Positions 9,128 to 19,021 of a stretch of 48,261 nt of DNA are shown piece by piece; position 1 is the stretch's first letter; each line of letters opens with the position of its first letter. The stretch spans positions 1 to 48,261 of the forward strand of contig JBGATO010000028.1 in assembly GCA_044229145.1 (NCBI GenBank), given 5' to 3'. This stretch comes from Candidatus Eiseniibacteriota bacterium. Its GTDB lineage: Bacteria; Eisenbacteria; RBG-16-71-46; CAZEPH01. The position numbers and the translations under genes are program-made. A model generated the notes under the pieces. The model had not been told where the DNA came from. It made no database searches and saw only the letters and a list, made by a program, of their open reading frames with translations.

Positions 9128-11068
9128 CTACGCCGCGGCGCGCTGGAGTTCCGTCATCGCCGGTAACGCGATCGCAAACGTCGAACCGGCGCCGGGCACC
9201 GAATCCACACGCAGTGTGCCGCCGGAATACTCTGCGATGCGGCGCGCCACCGGCAGACCGAGGCCGACTCCCTGCGGCTTCGCGGTCAAGATCTCGCCGC
9301 CTTGCTCGAAGAGTTGCAGCAGGCGCGGGATGTCCTCCTCCGCGACGCCCGGTCCGGTATCCTGCACGGCGAGTTCCACCCAGACGCAGCCCGCGTCGTC
9401 GGTGAAATGCGTGGCGGCGACGCCCACCGTGCTCCCCTCCGGCGAGTAGGCGATCGCGTTGGCGACCAAGTGCGCGAGCGCGACGCGCAGCTTGTCGGCG
9501 CATGCCCACACTGGCGGTACGCCGTCGTCGGCGGAGGTGACGAGCACGATCTGTTTGCGCGCCGCGTCGGCGGCGTGCGTGTCGGCAACCAGCCGCGCCA
9601 GTGCCACCGCATCCACCGGCGACATGGGCCACGAGGCAGGCCCAGCGTCGACGTCGGAGTAGTCGAGGATCTTCTGAACGATTGCGTGCAAGCGCTCGAC
9701 GCCGTCGACCGCAATGAGCAGCAGTTCCGCCTCCGGCCCATCGGGTGGATGCATGGCGAGCAACTCGATCGCGCCGCGCAGCATGGTGAGAGGCGTGCGC
9801 AACTCGTGCGAGACGTTGGCGATGAACGTCGATTTGACCTGATCCACCGACTGCAACTGGTCGTAGGCGCGTTCGAGTTCTTCGCCCTGGCGGCGCAATT
9901 GCGCGGTGCGTTCGTCGACGCGGTGTTCGAGCAATTGGCGTTCGTGGCGCAGTTCGTCGAGTGTCGAGCGCAGCGACGCGGTCATCGCGGCGAACGAGCG
10001 CGCGAGTTCTCCGACTTCGTCGCCGGTGGCGATGTGCAGGCGGTGATCGAGGTCGCCGCCGGCAATGCGCTCGGCCCCGCGCCGCAGCGCTTCGATCGGG
10101 CGCGTGATCTGACGCGCCAGCAACATCGCCAACAGCATCGCGACGAGAGCGGTGATCGCCACCACGATGAGCGTGTGGCGCCGCATGTCGCGGATGTTGG
10201 AGAGCAGGGCAGCGCGCGGCATCGACTCGCCGACGATCCACGGTGGCAACGCGCCCGAGCTGTCGGCGTCCAGGCATGTGCTGGCAACGATCGACGGAAA
10301 CCCGCGATCGATGAGCCCGGTGCCGCCCTGCTGAATGAGCGCCTGCAGCGCTGCGGGATACGGCAGGTGTGCGGGGATCGTGGTGCCGACCTCGCCGGGA
10401 TGCGCGTCGTCGGCGTACGCGATGGGCCGGCCGCGCGCGTCCACGAGGAACAGGATGCGCCCGCCGCTCAATGCTGCAGTCGCAAAGCTGCGCAAGAGCC
10501 TCGACGGATCCACGATCGCCGCCAGGTAGCCACCGTCGGAGGATGCGGGGGCGAAAGGGGTGAGCAATAGGACCGACTGACTGCCGAACTGTCCGGCCGG
10601 CGCCACCGTGACCGCGCGCGCCGCCACGCCGTCGGTTTCGTCGTCGAGCGCGGCGAGCGGGAAGCGGGAGAGGTCGCACCGTGCGCCCAGGACGGGCGTC
10701 GCGCCGTCGGCGACCTCGTGCTCGCGCACACGGCCGGCGGAGTCGAGCCGCGCAAGTTCGCGGAACACGCCATCCTCGTCGATGGTGGACGCGAATGCCG
10801 CCTGCACGCGCGCGTGTTCGCCGGACGTGCCGGCGGAATCTTCGAGCAAGTCGGCGAGCGTGTGCAGTTCGTGCCGCGCCGCGTCGGTCACCGACGCAAT
10901 GTCGTCGGCCGCGTCGAGCACATCATTGCTGAACTGCGAGGTGCCCACGGTCGTCATCAAGCGCGACACGTAGCGATCCTCGAGCCACGCCAACGCAACG
11001 AGCGCCGGCACCGCGACGAGCAGGATGCCGGCGAGAAAGCGCGAGCGAATGGTCAGGGTCGGGCGCAT
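9128..11068 (-). CDS. Membrane sensor histidine kinase (periplasmic Cache-like domain, HAMP, HisKA, HATPase)
   Basis: Two TM segments, HAMP (RPIEAL...GDEVGELARSF), H-box VSHELRTPL, N-box LVANAIAY, DTGPG, GVGLGL and GAGSTF. Confidence 0.92.
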   Translation of the reverse strand: MRPTLTIRSRFLAGILLVAVPALVALAWLEDRYVSRLMTTVGTSQFSNDVLDAADDIASVTDAARHELHTLADLLEDSAGTSGEHARVQAAFASTIDEDGVFRELARLDSAGRVREHEVADGATPVLGARCDLSRFPLAALDDETDGVAARAVTVAPAGQFGSQSVLLLTPFAPASSDGGYLAAIVDPSRLLRSFATAALSGGRILFLVDARGRPIAYADDAHPGEVGTTIPAHLPYPAALQALIQQGGTGLIDRGFPSIVASTCLDADSSGALPPWIVGESMPRAALLSNIRDMRRHTLIVVAITALVAMLLAMLLARQITRPIEALRRGAERIAGGDLDHRLHIATGDEVGELARSFAAMTASLRSTLDELRHERQLLEHRVDERTAQLRRQGEELERAYDQLQSVDQVKSTFIANVSHELRTPLTMLRGAIELLAMHPPDGPEAELLLIAVDGVERLHAIVQKILDYSDVDAGPASWPMSPVDAVALARLVADTHAADAARKQIVLVTSADDGVPPVWACADKLRVALAHLVANAIAYSPEGSTVGVAATHFTDDAGCVWVELAVQDTGPGVAEEDIPRLLQLFEQGGEILTAKPQGVGLGLPVARRIAEYSGGTLRVDSVPGAGSTFAIALPAMTELQRAAA

Positions 11069-11079
11069 GAGGCGATCGG

Positions 11080-11610
11080 CTACGGCGCGGCCGCGACCTC
11101 CACGTGATTCACCGTGATGGCGACCGCGGCACGTGGATCGCCCGATGGATCGCTGAAGCGCCCGTCGACGCGCACGCGGCGCCCGGCCCGGCCAGCGTCG
11201 CCGGCGTTGCGCAACAGAGCGAGTTCGCCCTGCGGCAGTTCGAGATACGGGGAGCCGTCGCGCATGCTCACCGTGCCCTCGGCCACCACTTCGATGTCGC
11301 CGGGCGAGAAGCCGGCGGCACGGATCGCCGCGAGCACGCGCTTGCCGTCGAAGCGCTTGTCGCCGCGGGGGATCAGATTCGCGAGGCCGCGTTCGAGGTT
11401 CACGGTCGCACGTTGCACGCACGCCACCTTGCGCAGACGCCGCTCGACGGCACTCGAGCAAATCGTGCACGTCATGCCGCGCACCGCGACGCGGGCCGAC
11501 ACGATCTGCGCGTTGGCGGCACCCGGCACGAAGACGGTGCACGCCGCGGCGCACGCGAGGGCCGCCAGTGCGCGGCGTGCGCTCAATACAGCCAGTAGAG
11601 ACTGAGCCAT
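11080..11610 (-). CDS. Exported heavy-metal-associated (HMA) domain protein
   Basis: A signal peptide ending ANA-Q, the motif GMTCTICSSAVERRL and a C-terminal OB-like region. An alternative TTG start at 11586 overlaps the upstream stop. Confidence 0.8.
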   Translation of the reverse strand: MAQSLLAVLSARRALAALACAAACTVFVPGAANAQIVSARVAVRGMTCTICSSAVERRLRKVACVQRATVNLERGLANLIPRGDKRFDGKRVLAAIRAAGFSPGDIEVVAEGTVSMRDGSPYLELPQGELALLRNAGDAGRAGRRVRVDGRFSDPSGDPRAAVAITVNHVEVAAAP

Positions 11611-12485
11611 AGCGAGTTTCCGCCTCCCAAGCCGCGTGGAGTTACCTTGTCGTAGAGGGGCCAGCAGTACGATGCCGCAATCGAGAGTTGCGGCGTCGGA
11701 TAGACGCCGACCATTGGGCCGGCGAGCACGCGGTGCGACGAGCCGTTCGCCGCACGCTTGTAGTTGGCTTCGACGCCGAGCGACAGATCCCGCCCGCTCG
11801 CCAGCAGCGACGTCCACGGCCGCAGTGCGTACGAGGCGTTCGCCACCCAATTTGCGGGAAAGCCGGACTCGTAGCCCGATCCGGTGTAGCCGAGAGACGC
11901 CGTCGACAGCGCGCGCCAGCCGAAGTGCTGCGCGCCGACTGCGAGCCGGTAGTTGGTCGGCCGCCACTCGGGAAAGTCCTCTTTGTCCGGCGACACGAAG
12001 TAGCCGCGCGCCGCCACCGCCACTTCGCTGCGCGCGCGCGTGCCGTCGTGCCGCAGGATGCGGTGCTGCACGATCAGCTGCGTCGGGAACATGCCCTTGC
12101 GCGTCGACATGACGACGCCATGCTCTCGGCGCGTGAAGATGTCGTAGGGGACGTAGAGACCGACGAGCGTGTTCGGTCCGATGCCGTGATAGAGCCCGGT
12201 CGAGTAATAGTCGTCGCGCGAACTCTGCTCGCGCGCGTCGGGCATCTCCTCGGCTCCGGCGTACAACTCGCTCTTGGTGTCCCACCAGTCGAGGCTGCCG
12301 ATCATCCACGCGCCGCCGTATGCCGCGGGCGCGAGCATGCCGCGTACGTCGCCGTGCGCCTGTGCCTGCCGCGGCGGCAAGACGCTGCATGCCGCGGTGA
12401 CGATCGTGAAGAGGAAGAGGAAGACACTGCGTCGGCGGTTCGCTCGACGTGCCGCGCATCGCGCGCGGGTGGCCCGATGGTCCAT
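11583..12485 (-). CDS. Hypothetical secreted protein, probable outer-membrane beta-barrel
   Basis: GGAGA RBS and a signal peptide ending AQA-HG. Alternating amphipathic strands and an aromatic C-terminal strand (LWLSLYWLY). Confidence 0.55.
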   Translation of the reverse strand: MDHRATRARCAARRANRRRSVFLFLFTIVTAACSVLPPRQAQAHGDVRGMLAPAAYGGAWMIGSLDWWDTKSELYAGAEEMPDAREQSSRDDYYSTGLYHGIGPNTLVGLYVPYDIFTRREHGVVMSTRKGMFPTQLIVQHRILRHDGTRARSEVAVAARGYFVSPDKEDFPEWRPTNYRLAVGAQHFGWRALSTASLGYTGSGYESGFPANWVANASYALRPWTSLLASGRDLSLGVEANYKRAANGSSHRVLAGPMVGVYPTPQLSIAASYCWPLYDKVTPRGLGGGNSLWLSLYWLY

Positions 12486-12599
12486 GGGAGTGCTCTCCAA
12501 TCCTGTATCCCGGGCAGGCCCGGGCCGCATCCTGCGTTGCTAATCTGTGAGAGTTATCGGAGATGCCCCTGCCGTGGCTGAACGTTCTTCTACCAAAGG

Positions 12600-12638
12600 C
12601 GATGCGGCCCGCGCGCTTCCGCCGCGCGGGCCGCATCG
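12600..12638 (-). terminator. 16-bp perfect hairpin downstream of the 15948-12728 operon
   Basis: CGATGCGGCCCGCGCG-cttccgc-CGCGCGGGCCGCATCG, followed by a short T run on the minus strand. Confidence 0.55.
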
Positions 12639-12727
12639 ATGTCAAGACATTGCGGGATATCGTGTTGGCACCAACGCCCGAGGGATCCCGCGGCTGTTAA
12701 CTCTCCCCGACGCGCGGGGCAGCCGTC

Positions 12728-14083
12728 CTAGCGCATCACCGCGACCGTCGCCTGCGACACCTGCGATGGGGTGGACAACCGGATCGCGTACATCCCGGAC
12801 GGCGCGCGCCGCCCTCCCGCGTCCGTGCCATCCCAGTCGTGGACGCCCGTCGCCACGCTGTTCCACTCGCGCACCAGCCGGCCGCGCAGATCGTAGACGG
12901 AGAGCCGTGCCACCACGTCGTGCGGGACTGTCGCGTCGATCCGCACGGCGCCGCGCGCCGGTTGCCAGCGCGCCGTCACGGCGAGACCATCGTGCGGCCG
13001 CACCGGCTCCGGCACCGCCACCACAGTCGGGTCCCACACCGCGAGATTCGGCCCGCCTTCGCCGCCGGCGCTCCCGAAGATGCCGCCGGCCGCGATGCCC
13101 GGCCCGTACGGACACATGCTCCACACGCCGCCGGCCGGGCTCGGGCTGAAGATGCCGCCGTTGAGCGTGTCCCAGCTCGAGCCGTCCCACGCCGCCACGC
13201 TGCCGCACGTCAGGCCGCCGGCGTGCGTGTAGATGCCGCCGACGTAGAGCAGATTGTTCTGCACGGTGAGCGACAGCACGTAGCCGTACACGCCACCTCC
13301 CACGCCGCCGCCGACTTCGCTCCACGTCGAGCCGTTCCACGCCGCGAGGTCGCTCGCCGGCACGCCGCCCGCGTGGGCGAACAAGCCACCGGCGATCAAA
13401 TGCCCGTTGTACGACGCGATCGCGTAGACGATGTGCTCGATGCCGCTGCCTACCGGCGCCCACGACGTGCCGTCCCACTGCGCGATGTGCGCGGCCGGCA
13501 CGCCGCCCGCGGTGCCGAAGAAGCCGCCGGCGACGAGCTTGTCGTTCCATACGCCGAGGCCCATGACCTGCGCGCTCATGCCGCTCCCGAGCGTGTGCCA
13601 CGACTCGCCATCCCACGACGCAATGTAGTTTCCGATGTCGGTGAAGTAGCCGCCGACGATCAAGCGCCCGTTGTAGACGGTCATGCATTGCACGATGGAT
13701 TCGGTGCCGCCTTCGCAGTCGTGCCACGCGGTGCCGTCCCAGCGCGCGAAATCGGCCGCCGGCACGCCGCCGGCGACGCTGAAGCGGCCACCGGCGTACA
13801 AGTCGCCGTTGTAGACGCACAGCGCGTCGACCTCGCCGTTGAGGCCAGTGCCGAGCGGTTGCCACTGCGTGCCGTCCCAGCGCACGATGTAATTCCCGTA
13901 CGGGCCGCCGACGCCGGTGAAGATGCCGCCGGCGATGAGATCGCCGTTGTACGTGGTCACCGCGTAGACCCAGTTCGGCATGCCGCCGCCCGGACTCCAC
14001 CAGTCCGCCGCCCGCACCGCGCGCGGGGCGAAAAGGGCGAAGACGAGCGCGAGCGCTGCGCCCAAGGCGCGCCGGCGGCTCAC
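12728..14083 (-). CDS. Secreted beta-propeller (WDG-repeat) protein with C-terminal FlgD-Ig/T9SS-like domain
   Basis: The GTG start overlaps the upstream TGA, and a signal peptide follows. About 7 repeats of LxAGGxF...IAxWDGxxW. CTD: VYDLRGRLVR...WDGTD..G..APSGMY. Confidence 0.8.
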   Translation of the reverse strand: MSRRRALGAALALVFALFAPRAVRAADWWSPGGGMPNWVYAVTTYNGDLIAGGIFTGVGGPYGNYIVRWDGTQWQPLGTGLNGEVDALCVYNGDLYAGGRFSVAGGVPAADFARWDGTAWHDCEGGTESIVQCMTVYNGRLIVGGYFTDIGNYIASWDGESWHTLGSGMSAQVMGLGVWNDKLVAGGFFGTAGGVPAAHIAQWDGTSWAPVGSGIEHIVYAIASYNGHLIAGGLFAHAGGVPASDLAAWNGSTWSEVGGGVGGGVYGYVLSLTVQNNLLYVGGIYTHAGGLTCGSVAAWDGSSWDTLNGGIFSPSPAGGVWSMCPYGPGIAAGGIFGSAGGEGGPNLAVWDPTVVAVPEPVRPHDGLAVTARWQPARGAVRIDATVPHDVVARLSVYDLRGRLVREWNSVATGVHDWDGTDAGGRRAPSGMYAIRLSTPSQVSQATVAVMR

Positions 14084-15948
14084 CGCGTCACCGTGAAGTT
14101 GCGGGTCAACTGCGTCCCGTTCGCCTCGAGTCGTGCGATGTACGCGCCGCGCGCCGCCAGCAGACCGTGCGCGTCGCGTCCGTCCCACCTGATGGCGTGA
14201 TCGCCCGCGGTCATCGGACCGGCCGCGAGCTCGCGCACGCGGCGTCCCGCCAGATCGTAGAGCGCGAACCGCACGTCGCCGGCACGCGGCAGCGTGAATG
14301 CGAAGCGGGTCGCGCCGTGCGCGCGAATCGCGTCGAGCCGCGGCGCATGCGCGGCCGCCGGATCGCCCGCCGCCGACACCGGCGACGCCGTCACGACCAC
14401 GTTGTCGACGAAGAAGTCGGTGCAGCCGTTGACCTGATACGGCAGCACGAGTTCGACGCGGTCGAACGGCGCGCCCGGCGAGTCGAACGTGATGGTGCCC
14501 ATCGGGAACGTCGTCGCGCCGTAAGTCGCGTGCGCCGTCGTCTGTCCCACCTGCGCGCTCTGCGCGAACGCGGTGAGCTGCATGTTCGTCGGCACTTCGT
14601 TTTGCTGCAGGTCCGCGGTCGCGAAGGTCAGCGACACGTGCTCGCACATGACATTGAAGTCGAAGGCGAGCGTGTTGCGATTCAGATTGTTGTCGTAGAG
14701 ATAGAGCCCGCTGAAGAGCGGCAGATTCCAGAACGTCGAATTCTGGCTTTGCGTCGAGAACGCCGCGCCTTGCGGTGACGACACGCTGAGCGTGATAGGC
14801 CCCACCGTCTGGTCGAACGGAATCGACTGCCCCTGGTAGAGCGACGGCCACGCGGTGTCGAAGTCGAACACCGCGCTGCGCGCATTCGGCACGAACCACG
14901 CCGTGAGGTCGTAGTCCTGATCGGGGACGAACGTGTACGAGAGTTGATCGCTCATCGGCGTGCCGTACCACAGCCAGCCGCCGAAGTCGAATCCGGTGGC
15001 CGGCGTCGCCGTCACCGTCACGGGCTGTCCGGCCACCACGGTCGCGCCGGCGCTGACCGTGCCGCCGAAGTAGGGATCGGCGGCGGTGGTCACCGTGTAC
15101 GCGGCGAGGAAGTGGGCGACCAGCGTGCGGTCGTTCTGCACCGTGAACGTGTAGGGGTTCGCGGTCGAGACCTGCGAGCCGTTCTCGGTCCAGTTCTGGA
15201 AGAGGAAGCCCGGATTGGCGGTGGCCGTGAGGCTGCACGACGAGCCCTGGCCGTACGGGCCGGCGCCGGTGATCGTGCCGCTGCCGGCCGGCGAGGCCGA
15301 GGCCGCGATCGTTTTGACCGGCGCGCCCGAGGTGTAGAGCGAGATCGCTTCGTCGCCGCTGCTGAAATAGAAGCGCGCGGCGCCGGTGCTGAAGTTGAAG
15401 TGGCTGCCGTCGCCGCCGGTGGCGGTGCTGACGCCCCAGTACGGCAGGCTCGGCACCGAGGCCTCGATCTTGATCCACCACTTGACGCCGCCGGTGGCGA
15501 CGAACGCGGTGGGCAGCGCGAACCAGTAGTCGTAGGTCGGCACGCCGCCGAAGGTGCCGACGTACGTCTCGTGCGCGTTGCCGCCGGTGTACGCGTGCAG
15601 CAGGTCGATGTCGCTCTCGGGGAACTGCGGATTGCCGCAGTGCGGCTGCGAACCGCCGGCGATCGACTCGTAGAACGAGATGAGGAAGTTCGAGGCCATG
15701 CCGTAGCCGGTGCCGTACTGATAGCCGCCGCGCCAGTGCACCTCGGTGATGGTCGTGGTGCTGGCGAGCGTGAAGCTCTCGTAGGCGTACATGTCGGAGT
15801 CGCTGCCTTCGGGATCGGTCCACGAGGACAACACGACTGCGCCGGTGGAGGCCGGCGGCTGATTCCACACCTGCGTGACGGCGAAGGCGGGAGAGGCAAG
15901 TGGAAGGACGGCGCAGGCGGCGAGCACCCAGCGGCGGAGAGGAAGCAT
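14080..15948 (-). CDS. Secreted protein with divergent InlB-B-type repeats and C-terminal FlgD-Ig/T9SS-like domain
   Basis: Signal peptide ending AFA-V. Two repeats (LTATANPGFLFQNW...YTFTV and VTATPATGFDFGGW...YTFV). CTD: LYDLAGRRVR...WDGRD...GAY. Confidence 0.8.
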   Translation of the reverse strand: MLPLRRWVLAACAVLPLASPAFAVTQVWNQPPASTGAVVLSSWTDPEGSDSDMYAYESFTLASTTTITEVHWRGGYQYGTGYGMASNFLISFYESIAGGSQPHCGNPQFPESDIDLLHAYTGGNAHETYVGTFGGVPTYDYWFALPTAFVATGGVKWWIKIEASVPSLPYWGVSTATGGDGSHFNFSTGAARFYFSSGDEAISLYTSGAPVKTIAASASPAGSGTITGAGPYGQGSSCSLTATANPGFLFQNWTENGSQVSTANPYTFTVQNDRTLVAHFLAAYTVTTAADPYFGGTVSAGATVVAGQPVTVTATPATGFDFGGWLWYGTPMSDQLSYTFVPDQDYDLTAWFVPNARSAVFDFDTAWPSLYQGQSIPFDQTVGPITLSVSSPQGAAFSTQSQNSTFWNLPLFSGLYLYDNNLNRNTLAFDFNVMCEHVSLTFATADLQQNEVPTNMQLTAFAQSAQVGQTTAHATYGATTFPMGTITFDSPGAPFDRVELVLPYQVNGCTDFFVDNVVVTASPVSAAGDPAAAHAPRLDAIRAHGATRFAFTLPRAGDVRFALYDLAGRRVRELAAGPMTAGDHAIRWDGRDAHGLLAARGAYIARLEANGTQLTRNFTVTR

Positions 15949-16252
15949 GGCGAAACCCTCGGGCAAGTCGGAGACGACGGCCCCCTCGGGCTCGGCGACG
16001 GCGCGTTCGGGCACGCCATGGCGCGGGCGGGACGAGAGGAGAGGCGCATGGCGGCTGCCGATGCGCCCACGGGGAAAGGGTAGCGGCTGGAGGCGGATTT
16101 GATGCATCCATGGGACAAGAGGAGTAGGCCGCGGCCGAGCCGGCGGCGGCGCTGTGGGGCCATCTCTGCGGAGATTCGACGGTCGCGGCCCGCCAGGGGC
16201 TCGGCTATTCTGGCGCCTTCACCTGCCGTCCGACCGGAGATTCGCCACTGCC

Positions 16253-16795
16253 ATGAAGGTCACGCCCACCCGCATCGCCGGATTGCACGTCGTCGAGCTC
16301 GACATCTTCGAGGACGCGCGCGGCTCGTTTCGCGAGGCGTTCCAAGAAGAGAAACTGGCCGCGCTCGGCTTGCCGCCGCTCGGCGCGGTGCAGTGGAATG
16401 TCGCCGAGAACACGCGCCGTGGCGTGCTGCGCGGCATCCACGCCGAGCCGTGGGATAAGTACATCCACGTCATCGCCGGCGAGATCTTCGCCGCCATCGT
16501 GGACCTGCGGCGCGGCTCGCCGACCTTCGCCGCGGTGGAAACCTTCACGCTCGATCGAGTCCGCGCGCTGCACGTCGCGCGCGGACTCGGCAACGCCTAT
16601 CAAGTGGTGAGCGACGGCGCGCTCTACGGCTATCTCGTCAACGCGCATTGGAAAGCCGGGGAGCCGTACCTCGGCATCGCCTACAACGACCCCGATCTGG
16701 CGATCGCGTGGCCGCTGCCGGTCAACGCCGCCGACCTCTCGCCGAAGGACCAGACGTTGCCGACGTTGCGCGAGGCGTTCCCCGCCCCGCGCTGA
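16253..16795 (+). CDS. rmlC: dTDP-4-dehydrorhamnose 3,5-epimerase family protein
   Basis: DARGSFRE, GVLRGIH, VDLRRGSPTF, YNDPDLAIAWP and LSPKD. Confidence 0.9.
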   Translation: MKVTPTRIAGLHVVELDIFEDARGSFREAFQEEKLAALGLPPLGAVQWNVAENTRRGVLRGIHAEPWDKYIHVIAGEIFAAIVDLRRGSPTFAAVETFTLDRVRALHVARGLGNAYQVVSDGALYGYLVNAHWKAGEPYLGIAYNDPDLAIAWPLPVNAADLSPKDQTLPTLREAFPAPR

Positions 16796-16801
16796 TCCGC
16801 C

Positions 16802-18766
16802 CTACAACGCAAACACCTTCACCAGGATGTCGCCGATCCCGACGAGCGCCGCGCCGGCGATGAGCCCGGCGCAGATCGGCTCCTGCGTGTCCACCCACAG
16901 CTTCCAGCCGCGCGTGCCCTCGCGCTTGGCGTAGACGTTGTGCATCACCTCGAAGAACAGCGCGCCGAAGAACATCGCCATCGTCGATTCCGGCGTCACC
17001 ACGACGCCGAGGCCGATCGCCAGCGGCGAGATCGGAAACGTCCCCTTCGACACGATGCGCCACGTCTCGAACCCGACGCCGACGATCGCGGCGATGATCA
17101 TCGCCACCACCGCGGAGTGCGCGATCGGCGAGTGGCCGTGCGAGAACACCGCCGCGACGAGATCCGACACGCCCTTCCACTGCATCGCCGACGGGAACGC
17201 GAACTGGTCGGTGACCATGGTGTCCATGATCGACATGCCGGGCTTGTACTGCGAGAGGAACAGCGCGAAGAACAGCGGGATCGAGCACAGCGCGCCGGCG
17301 ACGATGCCGATGCAGTGGCCGATCGCCTGCTGCCGCGGCTTGGCGCCGAGCATGTAGCCCGGCTTGATGTCCATGAGCAGGTTCGACGCGTTCGACGCGA
17401 CTTCGACGCACATCGTCGCGGTCATCAAGTTGGTCGGCGGGTGACTCGGATTGAGCGTGCCGAAGAGGAACTGCGGAATCTTCGACAGCGAGCCGGTCGG
17501 CGTAATGCCGGTGAGCGCGGTGGAATTGGCGCTGATCAGCGTCAGCACGAGGATGAGCGGAATCGCCAGCGCGCCGAGGTCGATGCGCACGCCGAACCAC
17601 GTGTGGATCATCCACACGCCCACCGCGCCGAGCAGCGGAATGCCGATGAACGACAGCTTCACCGGGAACTCGATGTGCCGCACGCAATCCTCGTCACCGC
17701 CACCACCGCGCTTCTTGAACAGTCCGGTGAACGACGATGCCAACACCTTCGGCTTGGCGAACAGCAACGTCAGCGCTGCCGCCACCATGATCGCGATGCC
17801 CCACCACAACGCCCACGTGTTGACGACGTGGATGCGGCTGAACGTGCCGTCGGCTTTCGGCTGAATCTCGCCGATCGAAATCATCCACGGCACCAGCACG
17901 CAGAAGTTGAGCAGCATGCCGAGCATCATGCTCGACGCGGCGCGAATCCCCATGAGTCCGCCGGCGCCGAACAGCGCGAGGTCGAGCGTCGGGGACAGCC
18001 CCAGTTGGCGAATGTCGACGCCCGCCAGCCGCGGCACCTGCGCCGCGCCCTTCTCGACGAGGTCGTAATACCACTTGTCCAGGTGCTCCGGAATCGCCCA
18101 CGCCTTCGCGCGGCCGAGCCACTTCTCCTGGATCAATTTCATGTAGTTCTCGCCGGAGAGGAACTTGATCAGTCCGGCGCCCACCGCCGCCACCGCCAAC
18201 GCCCGCGCCTTGAACATGCCGACAGACGCATGCGACGAATACAACGTGTCGAGCACCACGCCACACGCGCGGCCTTCCGGGAACGGCTGCTGTTCGTCGT
18301 TGATGAAGCGCCGCTTGAGCGGGAAGGCGACGAGAACGCCGAGCAGCGACAAGACGACGTTGAACGCGAGCAGCTGCCACCACGGCGGAATCGAGTTCTG
18401 GATGATCATGTACGCCGCGAGTCCCGAGATCAGCGGCCCGGTCATGTACCCCGCCGCCGTCGCGATCGACTGCATCGCGTTGTTCTCGAGGATCGTCATG
18501 TCGGTGACGCCGACGCGCGTGAGGATCTTGAACATCGAGAACGCGAGGATCACCGACGTGATGCCGACGCCGAGCGTCCATCCCGTCTTCGCGCCGACAT
18601 ACAAGTTGGTGGCGGAGAGCAGCCCGCCGAGGAAGAACCCGGTGATCGCCGCGCGCACCGTGAGCTGCGGCATGTTCCCGCGGTAGATGTTCTCCAGCCA
18701 CCAGCGGTCTTTCTGCGCGCGCGACCAGTCGCGCACCTGATCCGGCGTGAGGTGTTGCAAGGCCAT
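16802..18766 (-). CDS. OPT-family oligopeptide/YSL-type transporter
   Basis: QLTVRA, NLYVGAKTG, ENNAMQSIATA, FPEGRAC, DIKPGYMLGAKPRQQ and AGLIAG, with many TM helices. Confidence 0.92.
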   Translation of the reverse strand: MALQHLTPDQVRDWSRAQKDRWWLENIYRGNMPQLTVRAAITGFFLGGLLSATNLYVGAKTGWTLGVGITSVILAFSMFKILTRVGVTDMTILENNAMQSIATAAGYMTGPLISGLAAYMIIQNSIPPWWQLLAFNVVLSLLGVLVAFPLKRRFINDEQQPFPEGRACGVVLDTLYSSHASVGMFKARALAVAAVGAGLIKFLSGENYMKLIQEKWLGRAKAWAIPEHLDKWYYDLVEKGAAQVPRLAGVDIRQLGLSPTLDLALFGAGGLMGIRAASSMMLGMLLNFCVLVPWMISIGEIQPKADGTFSRIHVVNTWALWWGIAIMVAAALTLLFAKPKVLASSFTGLFKKRGGGGDEDCVRHIEFPVKLSFIGIPLLGAVGVWMIHTWFGVRIDLGALAIPLILVLTLISANSTALTGITPTGSLSKIPQFLFGTLNPSHPPTNLMTATMCVEVASNASNLLMDIKPGYMLGAKPRQQAIGHCIGIVAGALCSIPLFFALFLSQYKPGMSIMDTMVTDQFAFPSAMQWKGVSDLVAAVFSHGHSPIAHSAVVAMIIAAIVGVGFETWRIVSKGTFPISPLAIGLGVVVTPESTMAMFFGALFFEVMHNVYAKREGTRGWKLWVDTQEPICAGLIAGAALVGIGDILVKVFAL

Positions 18767-19021
18767 GGCGATGATCTCGACGACCAAGAGGGATGGAAGC
18801 GGCGCCGCCGCGCGGTGGGCGGCGGAAGAGAGCCTGGGGCGTAAGGGCCGCGCGGTCAACCGGTTCGGAGGGCGGGAGGGCCATAGGCGCCAAAATTTTC
18901 GCGTTGCATGATCCCGACCGCACCACTTTCGGGTTTCCCCTTCCGTAGCGCGCGAGATCGCCTGCCAGGTGACGACGGACGCGCCCGCCCCTGGCTCCCC
19001 GCCACCACAAGGAGACCCGAC

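Noticed and set aside
12600..12645. MerR-type promoter (minus-strand TTGACA next to a dyad) for the HMA operon
   Set aside because: No credible -10 lies at 17-20 bp. The dyad is better explained as a terminator-like hairpin.
12728..16111. The 1127-aa ORF as a single gene, and similar long N-terminal extensions (9128..11554, 11080..12645, 16802..19432, 19108..21285)
   Set aside because: The extensions are off-frame reads through neighbouring genes. Downstream starts with an RBS, signal peptide or stop/start coupling fit better.
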